Source of the DNA: Candidatus Binatia bacterium
GTDB taxonomy: Bacteria; Desulfobacterota; Binatia; UBA1149; CAITLU01
Direction: 5' to 3'
Length of the DNA: 59,012 nucleotides
Assembly: GCA_046261745.1 (NCBI GenBank)
Contig: JBHEOD010000007.1
Coordinates: 1 to 59,012 of the forward strand
Shown piece by piece: positions 48,287 to 56,964 of the stretch. The position numbers were made by a program, and so were the translations under genes. Within the stretch, counting starts at the first letter, position 1. Each line of letters begins with the position of its first letter. The notes under the pieces were generated by a model. It was not told the DNA's origin, did no database searches, and saw only the letters and a list, made by a program, of their open reading frames with translations.

Positions 48287-48925
48287 TCACGCGCCCGGCT
48301 CCCACCCGGCCGCCATCGCCTCCGCCCCGCGCATGATGATTCGCACCTCGCGGATGATGCGCTCGGCCGTGGCCTTGCGTTCCTCGCGCGGAAGGTCGAT
48401 CGCGCTCGCGCCCAGGTTGAACGCCACCGTCACCATCGCCTCGGCCGCCAACTCGACGTCCGCGAGCGGACGGCCCGACAACTTGGCCGCGCGTTCGAGA
48501 TCCTCGACGAGATCGCTGGTGAAGCGCGCGATCTCCTTGCGGATCGCGTGACGGAACGCCGGCGTGCTGCCCGACCCTTCGCCGAGCAGCAACCGGAACA
48601 GGCTCGAGTGTGCGTCGGCAAACGCCATGAACGTCTCGATGGACGGCCTGACGACGCTTCCGGTGCCGGCCGTCTCGACACTGCGACGGGCTTCGCGAAC
48701 GAGTTGCCGGAGCGACATGCCCACTTCGTCCACCAGCGCGAGGCCGAGTTCGTCGAGATTGACGAAGTGACGGTAGAACGACGTCGGCGCGATACCGGCA
48801 TGCGCGCAGACGGCCCTCAGGCTGAGGCTCGAAAAGCCGCTCTTCACGCTGAGCTCGAGCGCCGCCTCGAGTAGCGCGCGGCGAGTCCCTTTCTTCTGTT
48901 CGCTGCGGGAGACCGTGGCCATCAA
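48287..48925 (-). CDS. TetR/AcrR-family transcriptional regulator
   Basis: N-terminal HTH RRALLEAALELSVKSGFSSLSLRAVCAHAGIAPTSFYRHF. It is divergent from pfaD. Confidence 0.9.
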   Translation of the reverse strand: MMATVSRSEQKKGTRRALLEAALELSVKSGFSSLSLRAVCAHAGIAPTSFYRHFVNLDELGLALVDEVGMSLRQLVREARRSVETAGTGSVVRPSIETFMAFADAHSSLFRLLLGEGSGSTPAFRHAIRKEIARFTSDLVEDLERAAKLSGRPLADVELAAEAMVTVAFNLGASAIDLPREERKATAERIIREVRIIMRGAEAMAAGWEPGA

Positions 48926-48933
48926 TGTTGAAG

Positions 48934-48945
48934 GTACACGTGTAC
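48934..48945. promoter_or_regulatory. candidate TetR operator 1 (12-bp perfect palindrome GTACACGTGTAC)
   Basis: It lies 9 nt upstream of the tetR start. It is followed by GCCAAAATT, as is operator 2. Confidence 0.5.
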
Positions 48946-49055
48946 GCCAAAATTAAACAGCCCGATTCGCCGAACTGTCGTCGGGATCGCAATTGCGGCG
49001 AAGATTATTTTGCATTCTCCAGCCGTGGAGTCATGAAAGGGGGAAACCGGTAGCG

Positions 49056-49069
49056 CGTACATATGTACG
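49056..49069. promoter_or_regulatory. candidate TetR operator 2 (14-bp perfect palindrome CGTACATATGTACG)
   Basis: It lies 89 nt upstream of pfaD ATG 49158. It is followed by CCGAAAATT. Confidence 0.5.
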
Positions 49070-49157
49070 CCGAAAATTCGAAAAATTGGCAAATTGGAAT
49101 GATGCGTGTGGAAACCGCCGGGAAGGTCTCCACGCATCCAGGGACACCCACCTTCTT

Positions 49158-50765
49158 ATGCAAGAGTTCGGCATCTGGACCGGCGACGGCTCAGCGCCCG
49201 CATTTTCCCAGGCGGACATCCTCACGGCGACGCAGCGCCTTCGCGAGCCGGTGCACATCGTGCGCGAGCCCTCGCTGGGCCGCATCGGCATCGCATGGGG
49301 CGGAACGCTCACCGCGACTCGCAACGGCAAGCCGTCGTGGTCGCTACTCGGCACGCTGCCGGCAATCTTCCCCGAGTGGCTCGGCGACCGCTCGTTCGGC
49401 GAAGTGCACTCGACGCGCTTTCCCTATGTCGCCGGCGAGATGGCCAACGGCATCGCGACGGCCCCGATGGTCATCGCGATGGCGCGCGCCGGCATGCTCG
49501 GCTTCTTCGGCGCGGCCGGCCTGACGCTTGCGCGCGTGGAAGCGGCCATCGATGAAATCGAGGCTGCCCTCGGCACCGACGGCCCTGCGTGGGGAATCAA
49601 CCTCATTCATTCGCCCAACGAACCCGCACTCGAAGAGGCGGTGGCCGACCTCTACATTCGCCGCAGCGTTCGCCGCGTGTCGGCTTCGGCGTACATGAAC
49701 CTGACGCTGCCGCTGGTGCGCTATGCGTACAGCGGCGTCGGCGCCGACTCCTCGGGCAGCATCACGCGCAGGAACCACGTGTTCGCGAAGATCTCGCGCC
49801 CCGAAGTCGCACGTCGCTTCATGGAGCCGGCGCCGGCCGAGATGCTTGACGCGCTGGTTTCGCGCGGCCAGCTCACGTCCGACGAGGCGCGGCTCGCGCG
49901 CTCGCTGCCCGTCGCCGAAGACTACACCGTGGAGTCCGACTCGGGCGGCCACACCGACAACCGCCCGCTGACTGCGCTGTTTCCGACCATCCTCGCGCTG
50001 CGCGACCAGATGACCGCGACGCATCACTACCAGCGGCCGATGCGCGTCGGCGCCGCCGGCGGACTCGGCACGCCGAGCTCGCTGGCCGCGGCGTTCTCCC
50101 TCGGTGCCGCCTACGTGCTGACCGGATCGATCAACCAGGCCGCCGTCGAATCGGGCTTGCACGCCGACGGGCGCGAGATGCTCGCGAAGGCCGATCTGGC
50201 CGACGTCGCGATGGCGCCCGCCGCCGACATGTTCGAGCTTGGCGTGCAGGTGCAGGTGCTCAAGCGCGGCACGATGTTCAGCGTGAGGGCCAAGCGCCTC
50301 TACGACCTTTATCGCACCTACGCATCGCTCGAGGCCGTGCCTGCCGACGAACGGGCGCGCGTCGAGAAAGACATGTTGCGCTGCTCTTTCGAGGAGGCGT
50401 GGCAATCGACGCGCGAGTTCTGGCTGGACACCGATCCCGAGGAAGTCGCGCGCGCCGAGACGGATGCCCACCACCGCATGGCGCTCGTGTTCCGTTCGTA
50501 CCTCGGTCAGTCGAGCAAGTGGTCCATCGCGGGCACGCCCGAACGCCGCAGCGACTACCAGATCTGGTGCGGACCGGCGATGGGCGCATTCAACGCGTGG
50601 ACCTCCGGCAGTTTCCTCGCCGAATCTTCCAACCGCGGCGTCGTGCAGATCGCGCGCAACCTTCTCGAAGGTGCCGCCGTCGTCACGCGCGCGCAGCAGC
50701 TTCGCAGCTTCGGCGTGCCGGTACCGCCGGCTGCCTTCGATTACCGTCCGCGCCCGCTCGAGTAG
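49158..50765 (+). CDS. pfaD: PfaD-family enoyl reductase (2-nitropropane dioxygenase-like, PUFA/secondary-lipid synthase)
   Basis: Contains FPYVAGEMANGIATAPMVIAMARAGMLGFFGAAGL, WGINLIHSPNEP, and SDSGGHTDNRPL. Confidence 0.9.
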   Translation: MQEFGIWTGDGSAPAFSQADILTATQRLREPVHIVREPSLGRIGIAWGGTLTATRNGKPSWSLLGTLPAIFPEWLGDRSFGEVHSTRFPYVAGEMANGIATAPMVIAMARAGMLGFFGAAGLTLARVEAAIDEIEAALGTDGPAWGINLIHSPNEPALEEAVADLYIRRSVRRVSASAYMNLTLPLVRYAYSGVGADSSGSITRRNHVFAKISRPEVARRFMEPAPAEMLDALVSRGQLTSDEARLARSLPVAEDYTVESDSGGHTDNRPLTALFPTILALRDQMTATHHYQRPMRVGAAGGLGTPSSLAAAFSLGAAYVLTGSINQAAVESGLHADGREMLAKADLADVAMAPAADMFELGVQVQVLKRGTMFSVRAKRLYDLYRTYASLEAVPADERARVEKDMLRCSFEEAWQSTREFWLDTDPEEVARAETDAHHRMALVFRSYLGQSSKWSIAGTPERRSDYQIWCGPAMGAFNAWTSGSFLAESSNRGVVQIARNLLEGAAVVTRAQQLRSFGVPVPPAAFDYRPRPLE

Positions 50766-50822
50766 CGGCCCCAACAACTTTGAAGGGATGCATTCGCTGG
50801 ATGCGTCCCGGGGAATTCCACG

Positions 50823-51785
50823 ATGTCCGATTCCAACATCAAAAACTCTCGCCGTTTGCGCAACTCACGCCCCGACATCGCCGTCGTCGGCGCCGGGGCC
50901 CTGTTTCCCGGCTCGTTCGATGGAAAGGGCTTCTGGAAGGACATCCTCGCCGGAACCGACCTGATCACCGGCGTGCCTGCATCCCACTGGCTCGTCGAGG
51001 ACTACTACGATCCCGATCCGTCGGTGCCCGACAAGACGTACGCGAATCGCGGCGCATTCCTCGGCAACGTCGACTTCGACGCGATGGGCTGGGGGATTCC
51101 GCCCACCATCGTTCCGGAGACGGACACCTCGCAACTCCTCGCGCTGATCGTCGCGCAAAAGGTTCTCGAAGACGCGGCCGCCGGGCCGCTTGGAAAGGCC
51201 GGAGGGGCGCTTAAGAAGGCCGGAGGGCCGCTGGAAAAGTCGGATCATTCCCGCACGTCGGTGATCCTCGGCGTCACGTCCGGGCAGGAACTGCTCGGTT
51301 CCATGGTGAGCCGCCTTCAGAGGCCCGTGTGGACGAAGGCGCTGCGCGAGGCGGGCCTTCCCGAGAACGAGGTCGGCGACATCTGCGAGCGCATCGCGTC
51401 GCACTACACGCCGTGGCGCGAGAGCACGTTCCCCGGCCTGCTCGGCAACGTCGTCGCCGGCCGCATCGCGAACCGGCTCAACCTCGGTGGCACCAACTGC
51501 GTGACGGATGCCGCCTGCGCGTCCACGCTGTCGTCGCTGTCGATGGCAGTCAACGAACTCTACCTCGGCGATTCCGACATGGTGATCACCGGCGGCGTCG
51601 ACACCATGAACGACATCTTCATGTTCATGTGTTTCAGCAAGACGCCCGCACTGTCGCCGAGCGGCGACTGTCGCCCCTTCTCCGACAAGGCCGACGGAAC
51701 GATGCTCGGCGAAGGCCTCGGCATGGTTGCGCTCAAGCGTCTCGAGGACGCCGAGCGCGACGGCAACACGATCCATGCGGTGCTG
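50823..51785 (+). CDS. pfaA: PfaA-like multidomain PKS, 5' fragment (KS N-half) upstream of a +1 frameshift
   Basis: Contains IAVVGAGALFPG and the active-site motif TDAACAST (Cys codon 51516-51518). The frame ends its similarity at GNTIHAVL. Confidence 0.85.
51183..51245 (+). repeat. 3 x 21-bp tandem repeat inside the KS domain
   Basis: GGGCCGCTTGGAAAGGCCGGA / GGGGCGCTTAAGAAGGCCGGA / GGGCCGCTGGAAAAGTCGGAT encode GPLGKAG GALKKAG GPLEKSD. Confidence 0.8.
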
Positions 51786-51786
51786 G

Positions 51787-54700
51787 AAGGCGGTCGGGTC
51801 CTCCTCCGACGGTCGCTCGAAAAGCGTGTACGCGCCGGTGCCCGAAGGCCAGGCGCGCGCGCTCAGGCGCGCATACGAACTGGCCGGTTACGGCCCGGAA
51901 ACCGTGGAATTCGTCGAGGCCCACGGTACCGCCACCAAGGCCGGCGACGCAGCCGAGTTCGAAGGACTGCAGACCGTCTTCAACGAAAGCGGACGCGCGG
52001 AACGACAGTGGTGCGCGCTCGGTTCCGTGAAGTCGCAGATCGGGCACACCAAGGCCGCGGCCGGAGCAGCCGGGTTGTTCAAGGCAGTGATGGCGCTTCA
52101 CCACCGCGTCGTGCCGCCGATCATCAAGATCGATCGTCCGAATCCTGCGCTGAAGCTCGAGGCGTCGCCATTTCACCTGCCGTCGCATGCGCGTCCGTGG
52201 GTTCGCGACTCCTCCCATCCGCGCCGTGCGTCGGTCAGCTCGTTCGGTTTCGGCGGCTCCAACTTCCATGTCGCGCTCGAGGAGTACGCGGGCGACGCGC
52301 GCACGCCGCGGCTTCGCACGTTCAGTCACGAACTCGTCGTCGTAGACGGAACGAGCGGCGCCGAAGTGGCGGCGCTCGCGCGCAGCCACGCCGCCGCTGC
52401 CACCAAGGACGGCTATCTCGCGTGGCTCGCGCACGAGTCGCAGCGCAGCTACCGCGCCGATTTCGCCGCGCGTCTGGCCGTCGTTGCCAGCGATGAAACC
52501 GACCTTGCGTTCAAGCTCGAACAGGCCGCCGCGCGTATCGAGAGTGACGCCTCGACGCCGTTCTCCACGCCGACCGGCATTCACTTCGGCACGTCGGCGC
52601 GCGAAGGCCGCCTGGCCTTTCTTTTCCCGGGCCAGGGCAGTCAGTACGCGGGCATGGGCGCCTCGCTCGCGATGCATTTCGACAAGGCATTGGCGGTCTG
52701 GGACCGCGCGGCGGGAATGGACTGGCGCGGCGGCGCGACACTGCACGACGTCGTCTTTCCGCGAACCGCGTACGACGACGAGACGCGCGCCGTGCAGGCG
52801 CAGCGCCTGATGGCCACCGAGTGGGCCCAGCCGGCCATCGGCTGCATGAGCCTCTCGCTGCTGGCGCTGCTCGAGGAGGCCGGCCTCGAGGCCGACTGCT
52901 TCGGCGGACACAGCTTCGGCGAAGTCACCGCGCTCGGTGCGGCGGGCGTGCTGTCTGAAGCAGACGTCGTGCGCGTTGCACGTCGCCGCGGCGAGTTGAT
53001 GAAGGAAGCCGCGCGCACGCCGGGTTCGATGATCGCGGTGCCTCTGTCGGCGGGCGAGATGCAGAATATGCTCGACGGCTGGGGCGTCGACGTCGTGATC
53101 GCGAATCACAACGGCCCCGGCCAGGTGGTGCTTTCGGGAACGACACCCAACATCGAAGCAGTCGAGACGAAACTGAGGGACGCCGGTATCCACTCGCACC
53201 GTCTGGGCGTGGCCACCGCGTTTCATTCCCCGGTTGTGGCCGACGCGGCGCACGCGTTCGCGGACTGGCTCGGCGACGTGTCGTTCCGCGCACCGTCGCG
53301 CCCCGTCTACGCGAACACCACCGCCAGGGCCCATCCCGAAGACGCGTCGACCATCCGCACCAGCCTCGGAGAACAGCTCGCCCATCCCGTGCTCTTCATG
53401 GAAATGATCGAGGCGATGTACCGCGGCGGCGTGCGCACGTTCGTCGAGGTCGGCCCCGGCTCCATCCTCACGGACCTCACCGCCCGCATTCTGGAGGGGC
53501 GCCCGCACTCGGCGATTCACCTCGACCGCAAGGGCGTGGACGGGTTGCGCGGCCTGCTGCAGGGCATGGCGGCCCTGGTCGCCGGCGGACACCCGATCGA
53601 CTTCGCAGCGCTATGGTCCGAGTACGCGGCGCCGGCAAACCCGCACGACCGCGCGCAGCCAAAACTGAATCTGCCGATCAACGGCAGCAACTACGGCAAA
53701 CCGTATCCTCCCGAGGGCGGCATCGTTCCCGGACCCAACCCTCCTCGCCCCTCTGCCGCACCAGCACCGTCTCCGGCCCCGGCCCCGGCCGTCGCTGCCC
53801 GTGCCGCGGCACCGAAGTCCACGCCTTTCGTCGCAGCCATCAAGTCGCCGTCCGTCTCCGCGAACGCGGCGCCGCGCGCCGGCAACGTCCGCAAGATGGG
53901 CAACTGGGCGCAAGCGTTCGAAAGCGCGCAGCGCCAGACCGCCGACGCGCACTCGGCCTACATCCAGGCCATGGCCCGCAGCCACCAGGCCTTCCTCGAA
54001 ACCGTCAGCCACGGCTTCAACGCCCTCGAAAATCGGGGACAGGTACAGATTTCCGTCGAGAATCAGCCGCCACTTTCCGCCAATCACGAGAAATGGGGTC
54101 AGACCCCATTTTCCCAAACCGCCAATCCGGGACGCGTGCAGAGCGCCGAACGCGTCGGCGCGGAAGTCTTCGTGGTAGCGCCGGCGCCTGCGGCGGATGC
54201 CGTCGCGAGCGCACCTTCGGTTCCCCCATCGGCCGATCTCGAAGCGCTGATGCTCGACATCGTTTCGGAGAAGACAGGCTACCCGACCGAAATGCTCACC
54301 ATGGAGATGGAACTCGAGGGCGACCTCGGCATCGACTCCATCAAGCGAGTCGAGATCCTCGCGGCCATGCAGGAGCGTGCGCCCGGGCTTCCGGAAGTGG
54401 AAGTGCGCGTGATGGCCAAGCTGCGCACGCTCGGCCAGATCGTCGACTACATGAACGGCGAGATCGCCAAGACCGGCGGCGGAGCGCCGAACGCCTCGGG
54501 CGAAGTTGCACCGAGCGCTGCAGGCGCCGCTGCGCCGGGCGCCGCGCCCGCCTCAGCGCCATCGCACACCGCTCCCGGCGCAGGCCAAGCGCTCGGCCGC
54601 TACATTCTCGAAGCCGTCGAGTCGAGCCCCATCGGCATGTCCGAGCGCGGAATCCTCGGCGAGGGTCGCGTGGTCGTCATCGACGACGGCACCGACCTTC

Positions 54701-56961
54701 CCGAATGCATCGTGCGCGAGCTGGCCGTACACGGCATCACCGCCGAAGTCTCCGAAAATGTTCCGCCAGCCGACCTGCGCGGAGTGATTTTCCTCGGTGG
54801 ACTGCGCGTCATTGCCGATGACAACGACGCCATCGCCATCAATCGCGAAGCCTTCGCGATTGCGAAGAAAGCGGCCGCCTGGTTCGCGGAACCGGGCTCC
54901 GATGACAAGCCTCGCCACGGCTTTTTCCTGATGGTGCAGGACACCGGCGGAACCTTTGGAACCGCGGGCATCGATCCGCGGCGCGCGTGGCTCGCCGGCT
55001 GCGCCGGCCTCGCGCGAACGCTCGCACAGGAATGGCCGGCCGTTGCCGTCAAGGCCGTCGACCTCGAGCGCGGCGATCGTCCGTCCGCGCAGCTGGCGCG
55101 CGCGCTCGTCGACGAGTTGCTCGCCGGCGGCCCCGATCTCGACGTCGGACTCACGCGCGACAACCGTCGCGTGGTGCTGCGCAGCACCGAGGCACCCGCG
55201 GCCGGCGGCGCGTTTCGCCTTGCCGACGGAGACGTCGTCGTCGCATCCGGCGGCGCGCGCGGTGTCACCGCCGCAACGCTCACGGCACTCGCCGGACAGG
55301 CGCGGCTTCGTTTCGTGCTGCTCGGCCGCACCACCGAGGAGCCCGAGCCCCGCGAGTGCGAAGGAATCGCCGATGCCGCCGCTCTCAAGCGCGTGCTGCT
55401 CGCCCGTGCGAAAACCACCGGCGCAACGCTCACACCGGCCCAGCTCGGGCGGCAGGTTTCCGACATCCTCGCGCGCCGCGAGATCCGCGCCACCATCGAC
55501 GCCATCGAGGCGGCCGGGTCGCAGGCGCGTTACGCGGCCACCGACGTGACCAGCGAGCAGGCGCTCGCAGCCACGCTAGCCGGCGTGCGCGAAACGTGGG
55601 GCCCGATTCACGCCGTCGTGCACGGAGCCGGCGTGATCCAGGACCGCTTCGTGGCCGAGAAGACCACCGAGCAGTTCAACCGCGTCTTCGACACCAAGGT
55701 GAAGGGCCTGCGCGCGCTGCTCGCCGCCACGGCCGCCGATCCGCTCAAGGCGCTGTGCCTGTTCTCCTCCGTGGCTGCCCGCTGCGGAAACATGGGCCAG
55801 AGCGACTACGCGATGGCCAACGAGATCCTCAACAAAGTGGCGCTCGCGGAGAACGCGCGTCGCGGCGACGCGTGCGTCGTTCGTTCTCTCGGCTGGGGTC
55901 CGTGGGCCGGCGGCATGGTCAGCCCGGAGCTCCAGGCGCGTTTCGAAACCATGGGAGTGCCGCTGATCGATCTTGCAAGCGGCGCGCAGATGTTCGTGGA
56001 CGAGCTGATGGGCGCCTCCGGCGGCGCCGACGTCGAACTCGTGCTCGGCGGCCGGCCGCGTCCGGAAGCGCTGCTGCCGTCACCCGACGGACGGCACCTG
56101 TGCCTCGACGTAACCGTCAGCCGCGTGAGTCATCCCTATCTGTGCGACCACAGCATTCGCGCAACGCCGGTCGTTCCGGTGGCGCTGGCCATCGAGTGGT
56201 TCGGGCGCGCAGCGCGCGCGTTCGCGCCGGACCTGTCGCTGGCGGCGCTGCACGACGTCAAGGTGCTGCGCGGGATTCCGCTGCGCGACTTCGAAAGCGG
56301 ACGCCTCCACCTCGTGGTGCACTGCCGTCAGCGCAGCGCAGGCAACGACCATTCGCTGTCGCTCGAACTTGCGGACACCAGCGGAGCCGCGTTCTACCGC
56401 TGCGTGGCCGACATGGTGCACGTGCGGGCCGCCCACCAGGGCTTCACGAACGGACGCTCGCACTATCTCAAGGATCTTCAGCTGGAGGCCTGGGGCGACC
56501 GTCTCGTCTACGACGGAGAAGTGCTGTTCCACGGCCCGAGGTTCCAGATGATCCGCAGCATCGACGGCGTGTCCGACAGCGGCATCGCTGCCCACCTCGA
56601 CGGCGTGGCTGCGTTCGACTGGCATCTGGGCAGCGACGGCGTTCCGAGCGCTTCGCGGCTGGCCGAGATCGACGACTGGCATACCGATCCGGTTGCGTTC
56701 GACGGCGGACTGCAGCTGGCGCTGCTGTGGTGCAAGCACAAGCTCGGCCGCGCATCCCTGCCGACCAGCATCGCGTCGGTTCGAACGTGGAGCGACGGGG
56801 CGGCGCGCGGCCCCATCCACTGCACGGTCATCGGTCGCGACTCGCGCGGCGCCAGGTCGCTGTCGGACGTGGTGTTCCGCGACAGCCGGGGCGATGTGTT
56901 CGCCGAGTTCGAAGGCGTCGAAACGCACTTGGTGCCCGAAGCCGACGACGGCCGGGCCTGA
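51787..56961 (+). CDS. pfaA: PfaA-like multidomain PKS, 3' fragment: KS C-half - AT - single ACP - KR - DH
   Basis: KAVGSSSDGRSKSVYAP continues the KS. Further motifs are EAHGTAT, GHTKAAAG, AT FLFPGQGSQY/GHSFGE, ACP LGIDSIKRVE, KR VVASGGARGVTAA, and DH HPYLCDHSIRATPVVP. Confidence 0.85.
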   Translation, partial: KAVGSSSDGRSKSVYAPVPEGQARALRRAYELAGYGPETVEFVEAHGTATKAGDAAEFEGLQTVFNESGRAERQWCALGSVKSQIGHTKAAAGAAGLFKAVMALHHRVVPPIIKIDRPNPALKLEASPFHLPSHARPWVRDSSHPRRASVSSFGFGGSNFHVALEEYAGDARTPRLRTFSHELVVVDGTSGAEVAALARSHAAAATKDGYLAWLAHESQRSYRADFAARLAVVASDETDLAFKLEQAAARIESDASTPFSTPTGIHFGTSAREGRLAFLFPGQGSQYAGMGASLAMHFDKALAVWDRAAGMDWRGGATLHDVVFPRTAYDDETRAVQAQRLMATEWAQPAIGCMSLSLLALLEEAGLEADCFGGHSFGEVTALGAAGVLSEADVVRVARRRGELMKEAARTPGSMIAVPLSAGEMQNMLDGWGVDVVIANHNGPGQVVLSGTTPNIEAVETKLRDAGIHSHRLGVATAFHSPVVADAAHAFADWLGDVSFRAPSRPVYANTTARAHPEDASTIRTSLGEQLAHPVLFMEMIEAMYRGGVRTFVEVGPGSILTDLTARILEGRPHSAIHLDRKGVDGLRGLLQGMAALVAGGHPIDFAALWSEYAAPANPHDRAQPKLNLPINGSNYGKPYPPEGGIVPGPNPPRPSAAPAPSPAPAPAVAARAAAPKSTPFVAAIKSPSVSANAAPRAGNVRKMGNWAQAFESAQRQTADAHSAYIQAMARSHQAFLETVSHGFNALENRGQVQISVENQPPLSANHEKWGQTPFSQTANPGRVQSAERVGAEVFVVAPAPAADAVASAPSVPPSADLEALMLDIVSEKTGYPTEMLTMEMELEGDLGIDSIKRVEILAAMQERAPGLPEVEVRVMAKLRTLGQIVDYMNGEIAKTGGGAPNASGEVAPSAAGAAAPGAAPASAPSHTAPGAGQALGRYILEAVESSPIGMSERGILGEGRVVVIDDGTDLPECIVRELAVHGITAEVSENVPPADLRGVIFLGGLRVIADDNDAIAINREAFAIAKKAAAWFAEPGSDDKPRHGFFLMVQDTGGTFGTAGIDPRRAWLAGCAGLARTLAQEWPAVAVKAVDLERGDRPSAQLARALVDELLAGGPDLDVGLTRDNRRVVLRSTEAPAAGGAFRLADGDVVVASGGARGVTAATLTALAGQARLRFVLLGRTTEEPEPRECEGIADAAALKRVLLARAKTTGATLTPAQLGRQVSDILARREIRATIDAIEAAGSQARYAATDVTSEQALAATLAGVRETWGPIHAVVHGAGVIQDRFVAEKTTEQFNRVFDTKVKGLRALLAATAADPLKALCLFSSVAARCGNMGQSDYAMANEILNKVALAENARRGDACVVRSLGWGPWAGGMVSPELQARFETMGVPLIDLASGAQMFVDELMGASGGADVELVLGGRPRPEALLPSPDGRHLCLDVTVSRVSHPYLCDHSIRATPVVPVALAIEWFGRAARAFAPDLSLAALHDVKVLRGIPLRDFESGRLHLVVHCRQRSAGNDHSLSLELADTSGAAFYRCVADMVHVRAAHQGFTNGRSHYLKDLQLEAWGDRLVYDGEVLFHGPRFQMIRSIDGVSDSGIAAHLDGVAAFDWHLGSDGVPSASRLAEIDDWHTDPVAFDGGLQLALLWCKHKLGRASLPTSIASVRTWSDGAARGPIHCTVIGRDSRGARSLSDVVFRDSRGDVFAEFEGVETHLVPEADDGRA
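54031..54051 (+). repeat. copy of the AATCGG..GGGACAGGTAC repeat family inside pfaA
   Basis: AATCGGGGACAGGTACAGATT matches the reverse complement of 6896-6916, just downstream of ppdK. Confidence 0.75.
54091..54111. repeat. 21-bp perfect palindrome AAATGGGGTCAGACCCCATTT inside pfaA
   Basis: It is the same palindrome family as the intergenic copies at 7832, 8661 and 8708. Confidence 0.8.
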
Positions 56962-56964
56962 GTC

